A DNA stretch of 64,000 nt from Syntrophales bacterium (GCA_963666365.2 CAXXNF010000002.1:992001-1056000), one strand, 5' to 3'. Shown: positions 30,930 to 41,426, counted from the first letter of the stretch. Notes: generated by a model not told the origin, from the letters alone. A program made the numbers and translations.

Positions 30930-31733
30930 TCACTGCGATTTTACCAGGCATGCATAAAATTCAGGGCGGCGATCCTTGAAAAGATCATTGTATTCGTTGA
31001 GAGACTTCTTTTCGGCTCTTGCGATATCGATTTCAACGACCCGTGCCTCCTCGGTATCCTCTTCGGATCGCACGAGAAGATCAGCGTCCGGACCCATGAC
31101 CTGGCTTTTTCCGGTATACCGAAGGCTCTTGCCTCCCCTTTCTTCCACACCTGTCCTGTTTGCCGTTATTGCATACACCCGGTTTTCGAGACATCGCGTC
31201 CTCATGGCATCCTGACAGAACGGCAGGACAAGATTAGCGGGATGACACACAATATGGGCGCCTTTTAACGATAACGTCCTCATCGACTCGGGAAATATCC
31301 AGTCAAAACAGATCATCACTCCTATTCTGCCTATGCCGATATCGTACACTTCAAATTCCCTGTCTCCGGGACAAAACCATCGTTTTTCTTCAAAAAAAAG
31401 ATGAATTTTCCGGTAGGTCCCAAGATGACCTTCGGGACCGACGATCACCGCGGAATTGTAGATTTTCCGTCCCCCCCGCTCGGCAAGTCCCGCAACGATA
31501 TAGCATGATTTTGTGTTTGCAATCTCACATAACGCGTGTGTGGTCTGTCCGCGGGGAATCTCTTCGGCAAGTGCTTCTATTTCTTCCTGCGACGTAATAA
31601 GATAGCCCGTATTGAAGAGTTCCGGCAAAACCAGAAGATCGGCGCTGGTACCCTCGATCAGGGCAGAGGCCTGTGCAACATTCCCCACAACGTCCCCAAA
31701 TATCGGATTGAATTGAACAAATCCCACCTTCAT
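30930..31733 (-). CDS. Nitrilase-family carbon-nitrogen hydrolase
   Basis: Catalytic triad LPELF / YRKIHL / ICFDW. Confidence 0.92.
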   Translation of the reverse strand: MKVGFVQFNPIFGDVVGNVAQASALIEGTSADLLVLPELFNTGYLITSQEEIEALAEEIPRGQTTHALCEIANTKSCYIVAGLAERGGRKIYNSAVIVGPEGHLGTYRKIHLFFEEKRWFCPGDREFEVYDIGIGRIGVMICFDWIFPESMRTLSLKGAHIVCHPANLVLPFCQDAMRTRCLENRVYAITANRTGVEERGGKSLRYTGKSQVMGPDADLLVRSEEDTEEARVVEIDIARAEKKSLNEYNDLFKDRRPEFYACLVKSQ

Positions 31734-31932
31734 TACAGACAGCGCTCCCTTTTGTTTTTCTAAAATTTTCTACCCTAAAAATTCTTCCCATGCAATGTGC
31801 AACTGCAGGAAAAGTAGGAAGGGTAGGAAAAGCAGTAAGGGTGGGAAGGGGTTAACGAAAGTTTGATGCGCCTGCTCCGGATTTTCTTTTTGCCGGATTT
31901 CGACGAGTATGGTACCGTATAGCCGCTTCCGT

Positions 31933-32010
31933 AAAAAGGGGACACTTCCCTTTTTGTTTTTCCTCTGTAATTGTGTCTGCTCCTCGTTAAAAAAAGGGGG
32001 AAGTGTCCCT
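31933..32010. repeat. GGGACAC...GTGTCCC inverted-repeat element
   Basis: GGGGACACTTCCCTTTTT ... AAAAAGGGGGAAGTGTCCCT. Confidence 0.65.
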
Positions 32011-32034
32011 CCCAATCATAAAGGAGGGAATCGA

Positions 32035-33207
32035 ATGTACTGCTTTGAGTTATCCGAAGAAAGAACGCAATATCAGGCGCTTGCAAAAAAGTTCGCCGAG
32101 GGGGAAGTCAAACCTTTCAATGACAAGTTCGACGACGATTGGAACAGCCATGTATTCATGTCGCTGGTGTTGAAAAAAGCCGCCGAGCTGGGTTTCATGG
32201 GGCTTCCCATCGATCCGAAATACGGAGGTTCAGGTGCCGACGGCATGACGATTATGGCCGTGCTGGAAGAGCTTGCCGCGGTAAACGGCGGCGTCGCCTG
32301 CGTGATCGGCGACACCTGGTTCGCCCAGACGCCTATAGTCATTGCCGCCAATGATGCACAGCGTGAGCGTTTCCTTCGTCCGCTCGCCTCCCGCGAAGAG
32401 GCCAATCTGGGCTGCATCTGCATGACCGAACCGGCATCGGGCGCCGACATCGAAGATCCCCGCATGAAACTAAGGACCGTGAAAACCATTGTCACGGAAG
32501 ACGGCGATCACTACATCATTAACGGAATTAAAATGTGGCCCAGCAATGCCGGCATTGCCTCTCACTATGTGGTGATCGCCACGACCGATCCCAAAGAAGA
32601 GGAAAAAGGCTCCTGTATCCTGGTGGTCGAAGAGGGCACGCCGGGACTCTCCTTTGGAAAAATCGAACGGAAGATGGGAATGCCCGAAGACCAGAACAGA
32701 GAAGTGATTTTTGAGAATGTGCGGGTACCGAAAGACAACCTTCTCGGTCAAATAGGCAACGGCCAGCGGATACTTCAGACCACGGTGACCTATAACCGCC
32801 TCGGCGCCGGCATGATTTCAGTCGGTATGGCGCGAGGCGCCTTCGACTACGCACTGCAATATTGCAAGACCCGTGTTGTGGGCGGCAAAGCACTGATCAA
32901 ACATAGCCTGATCTCGGCCAAATTCGCCGATATGGCTACCCGGATAGACGCCGCCCGCATGCTGGTCTACCGTGCCTCCTGGGCGCTGAAAAAACGCGAC
33001 CCCCGGAGGGCCCGTTATTCCGACATGGCGAAGGTGTACGCCACTAACGCGGCCATGAAAATTACCTCGGAATGCGTACAGTTCATGGGTTCGTACGGAT
33101 ACTCGCGGGAGTACCCCGTGGAAAAATACATGCGCGATGCGAAGATCGTCCAGATCTACCTTGGTCCCAACGAACTGGTGCAGCAGCTGATCGGGGAGAG
33201 TTTGTGA
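32035..33207 (+). CDS. Acyl-CoA dehydrogenase
   Basis: MTEPASGAD, GIKMWPSNA, GSYGYSREYPVEKYMRDAKIVQIY. GGAGG SD before ATG 32035. Confidence 0.93.
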   Translation: MYCFELSEERTQYQALAKKFAEGEVKPFNDKFDDDWNSHVFMSLVLKKAAELGFMGLPIDPKYGGSGADGMTIMAVLEELAAVNGGVACVIGDTWFAQTPIVIAANDAQRERFLRPLASREEANLGCICMTEPASGADIEDPRMKLRTVKTIVTEDGDHYIINGIKMWPSNAGIASHYVVIATTDPKEEEKGSCILVVEEGTPGLSFGKIERKMGMPEDQNREVIFENVRVPKDNLLGQIGNGQRILQTTVTYNRLGAGMISVGMARGAFDYALQYCKTRVVGGKALIKHSLISAKFADMATRIDAARMLVYRASWALKKRDPRRARYSDMAKVYATNAAMKITSECVQFMGSYGYSREYPVEKYMRDAKIVQIYLGPNELVQQLIGESL

Positions 33208-33210
33208 AGT

Positions 33211-33265
33211 TTTTAGGGACACTTCCCCCTTTTTAAAATTTTTAAAAAGGGAGGTGTCCCTAAAA
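33211..33265. repeat. GGGACAC...GTGTCCC inverted-repeat element
   Basis: TAGGGACACTTCCCCCTTTTTAAAA-TTTTTAAAAAGGGAGGTGTCCCTA; same arms as the copy at 31933. Confidence 0.65.
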
Positions 33266-33270
33266 AAATA

Positions 33271-33298
33271 AGAGGGGGATTCTTACGAATCCCCCTCT
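33271..33298 (-). terminator. Intrinsic terminator between convergent acyl-CoA dehydrogenase genes
   Basis: AGAGGGGGATTC-TTAC-GAATCCCCCTCT with a T-tract on the minus strand. Confidence 0.75.
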
Positions 33299-33325
33299 GT
33301 GGTTAAAGAAACAGAACCGATATCA

Positions 33326-35182
33326 TCAAATGGTGAATGATTCTTCGAGCATTTCAACAGGAGTTTTGTCGGCCAGCTTGATCGATTTGCATCTCGCGTC
33401 TACTGTAGTAAGCATCGTCGTCGCAAAATATTTCGCGGATGCAAGTTTTCCCAGGTAGAAAGCAACATCAGCATTATTCTTCCCAAGTTCGCGCTGTTTT
33501 TCAGGCGTATCGGCACCTGCTTCTTTAAAGAGGGCATCCAGTTTACCACTGGCGATGGCAGCGGCATCCATCAGTCTCCAGCCGACTACCACATCGCCCA
33601 TGATCATCAGGAACGGCCTTGCATTGATGAGGGGTACAAAGAATTCACCGCCCTTCATCCAGTTGGCGCACTGCATGACCATATCGCCAAGCGCTGCAAG
33701 GGAATCACCCAGATACCCGGCATGTTCCTTGAGCCCTTCGATGGCCTTGCACTGCTCCACGGTTTTACTCACTTCGCCAATGAAGTTCATCATATTCTGT
33801 CCCTTGCGCTGTCCCAGTTTTCGGAACATCAGGTCAAGGGCCTGGATGGCATTGGTTCCCTCGTAGATGGGAGCGATTTTACAATCTCGCATATACTGTT
33901 CGATGGGATATTCCTGGCAGTACCCGTAGCCGCCGTAGCAATCCATGGCGAGCGAGCAGATCTCTACACCCTTGTCAGAGCAGTATGCCTTGACGATCGG
34001 GGTGAGCAGTTCGAGGTAGCCGTTATAGGTTTCGCGAACCTCTTCCGTTTCGCCGACTTCTTCCATGTCGATACAGTACCCGATCCAGTAGCAGAGAGAG
34101 CGCATACCTTCCACATGGGACTTCATCCACAGGAGCGACCGCCGAATATCGGGGTGTCTGATAATCGGCACACCCTCGGGCGATCCAGAGGTAAGGTCAC
34201 GACTCTGAATACGCTCTTTTGCATAGGCGACGGTATGTTCGTAGGCGGCGGACGCATGGTCCAGACCCTGCATACCCGTACCCAAGCGGGCTTCGTTCAT
34301 CATCTGAAACATGACCTTCATTCCGGAACGCTCTTCACCGAGCAGCTCGCCGATGCATTCTCCGTTTTCACCGAAGTTCAAAGTCGCCGTCGCCGAACCT
34401 TTGATACCCATTTTGTGTTCGATATTCCCGGTAATGACGTCGTTGGACTCGCCCAGGCTTCCATCGTCATTCACACGGATCTTCGGAACGATAAAGATCG
34501 AAATACCCTTTGTCCCGGGAGGATCTCCTTCGATTCTCGCCAGCACGGGGTGAATAATATTTTCTGTCAGATCGTGATCGCCGGAGGAAATGAAGCACTT
34601 GGTCCCAGTAATGCTGTAACGGCCGTCGGGCAGTCGTTTGGCCGAGGTTCTGAGGGCGCCCACGTCACTCCCCGCCCCCGGTTCAGTCAGACACATGGTG
34701 CCGCCCCATTGGCCTGCCAGCATCTTCTGCACATATTTTTCCTTCTGCTCTTCCGTCCCATAGTTCAGTATAAGACCGGCCGCACCGAGCGTCAGACCCA
34801 CATACATCATCATGGCGTAATTGGCGGATCCGAACATTTCGCTGTTGGCATTGGAAACCACCTTGGGCATTCCCTGCCCGCCATACTCGGGCGGAAACAT
34901 CGGAGCAAACCAGCCCGCTTCGCAATATTTCTTAAAGGGCGCGTGGAAGCATTTCGGCGCGTGCGCCTTGCCGTCCTTGAAAACCGCAGGGTCTTCCTTA
35001 TCGGCGGTTTCGTATGTTGGGACAATTTCTTCCAGGGCGAATTTTTCCGCCTCGGTGAGGATCATGTCGATCATGTCCATAGACCAGTCGGCATATTGCT
35101 CGGTCTCAAAAAGCTTCTCGATGCCGATCTGCTCGTAGAGGACAAAACGCTGATCCCTCGTGTTAACCAATAAATTGCTCAT
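33326..35182 (-). CDS. Acyl-CoA dehydrogenase (long, ~600-aa subfamily)
   Basis: GTMCLTEPGAGSDVG, EHKMGIKGSAT, MMNEARL, GGYGYCQEY, IYEGTN. Confidence 0.94.
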   Translation of the reverse strand: MSNLLVNTRDQRFVLYEQIGIEKLFETEQYADWSMDMIDMILTEAEKFALEEIVPTYETADKEDPAVFKDGKAHAPKCFHAPFKKYCEAGWFAPMFPPEYGGQGMPKVVSNANSEMFGSANYAMMMYVGLTLGAAGLILNYGTEEQKEKYVQKMLAGQWGGTMCLTEPGAGSDVGALRTSAKRLPDGRYSITGTKCFISSGDHDLTENIIHPVLARIEGDPPGTKGISIFIVPKIRVNDDGSLGESNDVITGNIEHKMGIKGSATATLNFGENGECIGELLGEERSGMKVMFQMMNEARLGTGMQGLDHASAAYEHTVAYAKERIQSRDLTSGSPEGVPIIRHPDIRRSLLWMKSHVEGMRSLCYWIGYCIDMEEVGETEEVRETYNGYLELLTPIVKAYCSDKGVEICSLAMDCYGGYGYCQEYPIEQYMRDCKIAPIYEGTNAIQALDLMFRKLGQRKGQNMMNFIGEVSKTVEQCKAIEGLKEHAGYLGDSLAALGDMVMQCANWMKGGEFFVPLINARPFLMIMGDVVVGWRLMDAAAIASGKLDALFKEAGADTPEKQRELGKNNADVAFYLGKLASAKYFATTMLTTVDARCKSIKLADKTPVEMLEESFTI

Positions 35183-35288
35183 TCCTACCTCCTCACGATA
35201 TGTAATTTATCCATTGTTTGCAGATGCTTTTATAAGTGCCACCCTTATCGAAAAAAAAAGGGGGGGTGCAGTGCCCCCCCCTTCACGG

Positions 35289-36467
35289 TTACTTCTTCAC
35301 ATTCTCCCACAGCGTGGCATTGGCATTGCCGAACCCGCCGCAGAGCATGGCGACGCCGTATTTGGCGTCCTTGAAATCAGTTTTCATGATACTGTTCAGC
35401 GTCACAATGATTCTCGCTCCCGACTCTCCCAGGGGATGACCGAGGGCAAGGGCACCGCCCCATACGTTGACATTTTCAAAGGGGGCATTCTGAGCGATGC
35501 CGAGTTCACGGACAACCGCCAGCGACTGGCTGCCGAAGGCTTCGTTGAGTTCCCACACACCGATGTCCTTGACCGTCATGTTGTATCGCTTAAGCAGTTT
35601 CTGTGCAGCCGGAATGGGACCGATTCCCATCATGGTGGGATCGCACCCTGCCATGGCGCCGCCCACAAATTTAATGTGGTAGTCGAGTCCCAACTCGTCG
35701 GCCTTTTCTCTGCTCATAAGCAGCAGCGCACAGGCGCCCGCGGTCAGCGGAGAGGACACCGCCGCCGTCACCACACCATTTTCCTTGAAGGGGGACTTCA
35801 TAGCCGCCATCGATTCCATGGATACGTCATCGCGGATCCACTGATCCTTATCAACCATGAACTTGGTGCCGTCTTCCTTTTCGCCCTCGACGGGGACGAT
35901 TTCATCGTCAAATTTGCCGGCATCCCGCGCCTCGGCGGCCTTTTTGTTGCTCCAGTAGGCCATGGTTTCCATATCTTTACGATTCACATTGTATTCTACC
36001 GCAACTTTCTCGGCGGTGGCGCCCATGGGAATTTCTTCCATTTTGTAACGTTCGAGAATTTTTGGACCGATATCCATGGCAAACATCATGGGAACTTTCT
36101 GCATATCCTCGACACCGGATGCAATGTAGATGTCGCCGTCGCCGCACATAATGGCATGGGCCGCATGTTCCACCGACGCCATACCTGAACAGCACTGCTG
36201 CTGCACGCCATTTGCCGCCACACTTTCGGGATAACCGCCGGCAAGCCATGCAATTCTTGCGATATCGTTCTGCATCCCCGCCTGGTTCGCCGTTCCGCAG
36301 AAGACCGCTTCCACGTCTTCCGGCTTGATTTTTGGATTTCGCTTGAACAGTTCCTGATATACGTTTATGAGCAAAATCTCCGGCCGTACATTTCTGAACC
36401 AGCCCTTCTCCTTGTGCGCCCGCGCATTCGCAGTTCTTATGCCATCAACAAGTACGCATTCCTTCAT
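35289..36467 (-). CDS. Thiolase (acetyl-CoA acyltransferase)
   Basis: QQQCCSGM, ELNEAF, GGALALGHPLG, LCGGFG. Confidence 0.94.
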   Translation of the reverse strand: MKECVLVDGIRTANARAHKEKGWFRNVRPEILLINVYQELFKRNPKIKPEDVEAVFCGTANQAGMQNDIARIAWLAGGYPESVAANGVQQQCCSGMASVEHAAHAIMCGDGDIYIASGVEDMQKVPMMFAMDIGPKILERYKMEEIPMGATAEKVAVEYNVNRKDMETMAYWSNKKAAEARDAGKFDDEIVPVEGEKEDGTKFMVDKDQWIRDDVSMESMAAMKSPFKENGVVTAAVSSPLTAGACALLLMSREKADELGLDYHIKFVGGAMAGCDPTMMGIGPIPAAQKLLKRYNMTVKDIGVWELNEAFGSQSLAVVRELGIAQNAPFENVNVWGGALALGHPLGESGARIIVTLNSIMKTDFKDAKYGVAMLCGGFGNANATLWENVKK

Positions 36468-36588
36468 CTTCACTACCTCCAGTTAATTATTGATTGTTGC
36501 AATTTCATTCACTCCATGGGTCGGAAACAAGTTCCCCGCCCCCCTTAGGCTGATTTTGCACCCATCTCCTAACACACCCTTCGTGTAA

Positions 36589-38451
36589 TTAAAATGCAAA
36601 AGATGCGTCGGCAATGTCGACGGGAAGCGTTTCGCCTTCCTTAATTATTTCGCATCGCGCCTTCACCGTGGGAAGTATCTCACAGGCAAAGAATTTCGCC
36701 GAAGCCACTTTACCCTGGTAATAGGCGACATCCGCATCATCATCGGCCAGCGCCTTCTGTTTTTCTGCCGTATCGGCACCCGCTTCTTTATACAGAACAT
36801 CCAGTTTTGCAAGCGCGATGTCCGCACCCTGAAGCAGGAGCCATCCGCAGAGCATGTCTCCCATAACCGCCAGGAATGGTTCGGCATTCTGGATAGGCAC
36901 CACCGGCTTGCCGGACTTGAAGAATTCTATAAACTTCAAGGGAAGTTCCGAAACGGCGCCGAAGGCTTCCTCAAGCTTCGCGGCAAAGGGCTTCAATTCT
37001 TCGACATCCTTTACCATGCCGATCGTTGCCGATATTTCTCCCAGGACCGTCATAAGATTCATGCCCTTGTTCTGCCCGAGCTTTCTGCCCACCAGGTCGA
37101 GCGCCTGGATCTGGTTTGTTCCCTCGTAAATCTGGGTGATTTTGCAATCTCTCATGTACTGCTCCACAGGGTACTCCTGACAGTAGCCGTACCCGCCGTA
37201 CACATCCATGGCCCTGGAGCAAATTTCCACGCCTCTATCCGACGAGAATGCTTTACAAATCGGGGTCATGATTTCCACTATACCGCTGTATTTTTTCCGT
37301 TCTTCTTCATCAGGAGTTGCATGGGACACATCGATGCAGAAGCCGGTATAGTAGTTGATCGCCCTGATGCCCTCAAGGTAGGCCTTCATCCACATGAGCA
37401 TCCGTCTGACCGGGGGGTGATTAATGATCGGAAGAGCCTGCGCGTCGGGATCCTTACCGGCAAGCACCGATTTGCTCTGAATGCGCTCTTTTGCATAGGC
37501 CACGGCATGTTCGTACGCCGCAGAAGCCGCACCCTGCCCCTGAAGACCCACGTCGAGACGGGCTTCATTCATCATCTGGAACATTATCTTCATGCCGGCG
37601 CGCTCTTCACCAAGCAGTTCGCCTATGCAGTTGCCGTTTTCACCGAAGTTCAATGTCGCCGTGGCGGAACCCTTGATACCCATTTTGTGTTCGATGTTGC
37701 CGGTAATGACGTCATTGGACTCTCCCAGACTTCCATCATCGTTCACACGGATTTTTGGAACGACGAAGATCGAGATGCCCTTGGTCCCGGCAGGATCGCC
37801 CTCGATTCTTGCCAAAACGGGGTGGACAATGTTCGGCGTCAGGTCGTGATCGCCCGACGAAATGAAACATTTGGTTCCAGTGATGCTGAAGGTGCCGTCG
37901 GGAAGCCGCTTCGCCGTGGTTCTGAGGGCGCCCACATCGCTTCCGGCGCCCGGTTCGGTCAGACACATGGTGCCGCCCCACTCGCCGGCGAACATCTTAT
38001 ACATATATTTGTTTTTCTGTTCTTCAGTGCCGAAGACGTTGATCAAGTTCGCCGCCCCGTGGGTCAGTCCGGGGTACATGGTGAACGACATGTTGGCGGC
38101 GGTGAACATCTCGCCGGCCGCGGTGCGAAGCATAATAGGCATGTTCTGACCGCCCACGTCGGCATCTTCCGTCGCACAGAGCCACCCGGCTTCACAATAG
38201 GTTTTAAAGGGTTCATGATAACATTTGGGGGCATAGGCTTGCCCATCTCTGAACTGGGCGCCCTCTTTGTCCCCTTCTTCAAGGGTTGGCGCTATTACTT
38301 CCACAGCCATTTTTTCCGCTTCGGTGAGCACCATGTCAACGACGTCCCTGGAATAATCGGCAAACCGTTCAAAACCAAAAAGCTTTTCGATGCCGATTTG
38401 TTCATAGAACAAAAACTTCTGATCTCTCGTATTTACCAATAAATTACTCAT
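36589..38451 (-). CDS. Acyl-CoA dehydrogenase, paralog of 33326..35182
   Basis: Same motifs; identical N-terminus MSNLLVNTRDQ. Confidence 0.94.
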   Translation of the reverse strand: MSNLLVNTRDQKFLFYEQIGIEKLFGFERFADYSRDVVDMVLTEAEKMAVEVIAPTLEEGDKEGAQFRDGQAYAPKCYHEPFKTYCEAGWLCATEDADVGGQNMPIMLRTAAGEMFTAANMSFTMYPGLTHGAANLINVFGTEEQKNKYMYKMFAGEWGGTMCLTEPGAGSDVGALRTTAKRLPDGTFSITGTKCFISSGDHDLTPNIVHPVLARIEGDPAGTKGISIFVVPKIRVNDDGSLGESNDVITGNIEHKMGIKGSATATLNFGENGNCIGELLGEERAGMKIMFQMMNEARLDVGLQGQGAASAAYEHAVAYAKERIQSKSVLAGKDPDAQALPIINHPPVRRMLMWMKAYLEGIRAINYYTGFCIDVSHATPDEEERKKYSGIVEIMTPICKAFSSDRGVEICSRAMDVYGGYGYCQEYPVEQYMRDCKITQIYEGTNQIQALDLVGRKLGQNKGMNLMTVLGEISATIGMVKDVEELKPFAAKLEEAFGAVSELPLKFIEFFKSGKPVVPIQNAEPFLAVMGDMLCGWLLLQGADIALAKLDVLYKEAGADTAEKQKALADDDADVAYYQGKVASAKFFACEILPTVKARCEIIKEGETLPVDIADASFAF

Positions 38452-39103
38452 TGACTACCTCCTCTTTAGTGCTTGTCAATCCCTGTATTATTATTTCTAT
38501 GCCCTCTTTTACGTTAGAACGAATCCGCTGCTCTCTCATGGACTCGCTGCCTACAAAAAGGTGAAGAGATATGACGCCGTTGAGAAGGCCCCAAAGGGCA
38601 TTTCTCATTTTTCGCACATCACCTCTCGGAAGGTCGAGTTCTCCCGATTCAACGCCGAGCAGGAGAATTTTTTCGATGATTGAAATCGTGCGATTCATCT
38701 CCCGTATGATCTGTTTCCGAATCCTGTCCGAGAGTGTCAAATTATCGGCATTCAGCATGAAGTTCATGAGAATTCTGAACTGTTCACGCTGAGTCAAGAA
38801 GATGTCGATGTAGGCATTTGCGAAATCAAGCAGCACTTCCGATGGCCGCTGCATGGATTGAAAGATCAGAGAGATTTTTTTATGAAAGTTTTCGATATCC
38901 TGCAGCAGGATCTGCGCGTATATTTCTTCTTTACTGCTGAAATAAAGATAAATAGCCCCTTTGCTCAGTTCCGCTTTCTTTGCAATGCTGGCCACGGTAA
39001 CAGACTTGAACCCGTATTCAACGAACAGCTTCTTTGCGGCTTTGAGAATCGCCTTCTTTCTCTGTTCCTTTTCCCTCCGCCTCCGTTTTTCAGGACCAAC
39101 CAT
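38444..39103 (-). CDS. TetR/AcrR-family regulator
   Basis: ILKAAKKLF...IAKKAELSKGAIYLYFSSKEEI. Confidence 0.93.
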   Translation of the reverse strand: MVGPEKRRRREKEQRKKAILKAAKKLFVEYGFKSVTVASIAKKAELSKGAIYLYFSSKEEIYAQILLQDIENFHKKISLIFQSMQRPSEVLLDFANAYIDIFLTQREQFRILMNFMLNADNLTLSDRIRKQIIREMNRTISIIEKILLLGVESGELDLPRGDVRKMRNALWGLLNGVISLHLFVGSESMREQRIRSNVKEGIEIIIQGLTSTKEEVVNE

Positions 39104-39171
39104 GCCTATTCCTTATGGATTATTATACACGCCGCCGATGCGGACTCATGATGTGAATTAAGGTCAGATTA

Positions 39172-39184
39172 TGACCAATGGTCA
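39172..39184. promoter_or_regulatory. Palindromic operator candidate TGACC-AAT-GGTCA
   Basis: Perfect 5-bp IR ~70 bp upstream of the TetR gene, with another GGTCA half-site at 39162. Confidence 0.5.
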
Positions 39185-39453
39185 CACTCCTATTAAGCAA
39201 GAAGAAACACAAAGTCAAGAAAAAAAATAACAATGCTAAGATTTATTTATCACAGCATTATCAGCGGCTCTGATCGACAAAAACGTTTGACATAGACAGT
39301 ACCATGTGATAGCAAGAAACGGCTTTTACCTTGTGCAAAATTACAGTAGTTTCAATGGAATCGGCACTGGCGAAAAGCGAAGAAAGAGTGAGCAAGGTCG
39401 TGTTCATAGGTTTTTGTTTCCATAACAATCGATTGCCATAAGGAGACATAAGG

Positions 39454-39828
39454 GTGACCCTTCGTGATATAGTTGAAATTCTCGACGCGAAAGTCCTTGT
39501 TGGTGAGAACCACTTAACTACAACGGTCAAGACAGCCTTTAGCGCCGATCTGATGAGTGATGTGCTGGCTTTCGCCAAATCGGGAAGTCTCATTATCACC
39601 GGTCTTACCACGCTCCAGGTAGTGCGAACCGCAAGTATACTGGACGCCGTAGGCCTGGTGATCGTTCGGGGCAAGATTCCCTCAAAAGAAACACTGGCGC
39701 TGGCCAAGGATCTGGACATCCCGATCATGTCCACACGTTATATTCTTTTTGAGACATCGGGACGTCTTTATGCGAACGGCATTGTCGGCTGTGTGGAAAA
39801 AATTGGTGGCATGAATTGCGGAAAGTAA
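39454..39828 (+). CDS. DRTGG-domain protein
   Basis: ADLMSDVLA, ITGL, VIVRGK motifs. Confidence 0.82.
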   Translation: MTLRDIVEILDAKVLVGENHLTTTVKTAFSADLMSDVLAFAKSGSLIITGLTTLQVVRTASILDAVGLVIVRGKIPSKETLALAKDLDIPIMSTRYILFETSGRLYANGIVGCVEKIGGMNCGK

Positions 39829-40286
39829 CTGACTACAGTTATGAGAACACCTTCACTGTTGAAGGCGGCGACTTCGAAAGTGCAGGGAAGGCTTCCATTG
39901 AGATAAAAAAAGTGCTGAAAGAACTTGCAGTGACGAATGAAACATTACGAAGAGCCGCGATTGCCGTCTACGAGTCTGAATTAAACATCATTTCCTACGC
40001 GAAGAACGGTATCATTAATCTTGCAGTCACCAACGACAAAATACTCATCTCCGTTGACGATGAAGGTCCGGGGATTGAAGATATAGAATTAGCCATGCAG
40101 GAGGGGTACTCAACCGCTACCGATCGCATTCGCGAAATGGGATTCGGCGCCGGCATGGGCCTTCACAACATAAAGAGCTGTGCCGACACGCTGGATATAT
40201 CGTCTGAAGTAAACAAGGGAACTCATCTTTCGATCGTCATCAACAGGGAGGGGAGTGGAAGCAATGAATCTGGCCTTTCTGGCTAA
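39816..40286 (+). CDS. Anti-sigma-factor/RsbT-like HATPase Ser/Thr kinase
   Basis: YESELNI, DEGPGIEDIELAMQEGYST, REMGFGAGMGL. Confidence 0.85.
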   Translation: MRKVTDYSYENTFTVEGGDFESAGKASIEIKKVLKELAVTNETLRRAAIAVYESELNIISYAKNGIINLAVTNDKILISVDDEGPGIEDIELAMQEGYSTATDRIREMGFGAGMGLHNIKSCADTLDISSEVNKGTHLSIVINREGSGSNESGLSG

Positions 40287-40602
40287 AGAACTTGATCTGA
40301 AGGTTGTATCGTGTGAAGACCAATTGATCCGGGAGGTAAAAGGTGGGTACGTGGGCGATCTCTTAAGTGATGTGATCGCCAACAGTAAACAGGGCGACGT
40401 GTGGATAACTCGGCAATCCCATCAAAATATTATCGCCGTGTCCGCCCTTCGGGAGCATGCGGGGATTATCCTGTCGCTCGGAACAGAGCCTGGCGATGAC
40501 ACGCTCGGCAAGGCATGTCATGAGGGCATCCCCGTGTTTATCACGGCCCTTCCCTCTTTTGAGATTGCAGGGAAAATATACGACCTCCTGGCAACGCACT
40601 AG
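40264..40602 (+). CDS. DRTGG / HPr-kinase N-terminal-like protein
   Basis: GGYVGDLLSDVIAN, WITRQSHQNIIAVS. Confidence 0.8.
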   Translation: MNLAFLAKELDLKVVSCEDQLIREVKGGYVGDLLSDVIANSKQGDVWITRQSHQNIIAVSALREHAGIILSLGTEPGDDTLGKACHEGIPVFITALPSFEIAGKIYDLLATH

Positions 40603-40685
40603 CAGTATATACGCCTTTGTAAAAAGGTTTTTTTATATAATGGCGGCTAGAATGCCACGCTTTTCGATACCAAGGATTTTTTGTT

Positions 40686-41423
40686 ATGCTCAAGGAGTTC
40701 AGGTGTGACTTTCACATCCATTCATGCCTGTCCCCCTGCGCGGAACTGGAAATGTATCCTCGGGCCCTTGTAACCGAAGCACTTGCTCGCGGACTTGATG
40801 TGATCGGCATCTGCGATCACAACGCTTCGGAGAATGTTCGCTACATACTCAAGGCAGCCGCGGGAACACCGTTGACAGTGTTTCCGGGCATGGAAATCAC
40901 GACCAGAGAGGAAGTTCACATTCTCGGGCTCTTTGAAAGCATAGAATCCCTGTTGCAGCTACAGGACATTGTATATCAGGCGCTTTCGGGCCTTAACAAT
41001 GAAGATCTTTTCGGCTGCCAGGCAATCGTCAACGAAAACGATGAGGTGGAGGGTTTTAATGAGCGGCTGCTGATCGGGTCGACCACGCTGGACCTTCGCA
41101 GCTTAACGGAAATAATTAAAGATTTGGGGGGAATCGCTGTTGCCGCTCACATCGATCGTGAAAGTTTCGGGATATTGGGGCAATTAGGGTTTATTCCCGA
41201 AGATGTGCATTTTGACGCCCTCGAAGTTTCTTTCAGGACTGATATTTCCACAGCACGGGCCACATATTCCATACCGGATGACCAGGCGGTCATTCAATCC
41301 TCCGACGCGCATCGAATAGAGGAAATCGGCCGGGCATCAACCGCCATACGCCTCGAATCGCCGACTGTCGCCGAGTTGCAAATGGCCTTTACCGGCCGAG
41401 AGGGCAGACGGATTGTGGAATAG
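40686..41423 (+). CDS. PHP-domain phosphoesterase
   Basis: DFHIHSCLSPC, ICDHN, EEVH, AHIDR, SSDAH. Confidence 0.88.
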   Translation: MLKEFRCDFHIHSCLSPCAELEMYPRALVTEALARGLDVIGICDHNASENVRYILKAAAGTPLTVFPGMEITTREEVHILGLFESIESLLQLQDIVYQALSGLNNEDLFGCQAIVNENDEVEGFNERLLIGSTTLDLRSLTEIIKDLGGIAVAAHIDRESFGILGQLGFIPEDVHFDALEVSFRTDISTARATYSIPDDQAVIQSSDAHRIEEIGRASTAIRLESPTVAELQMAFTGREGRRIVE

Positions 41424-41426
41424 CCT

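Noticed and set aside
33722..38442. Long plus-strand ORFs (483, 342 and 373 aa)
   Set aside because: They are antisense shadows of the ACAD and thiolase genes; the same applies to shadows of the radical SAM, synthetase, smc and ftsY genes.
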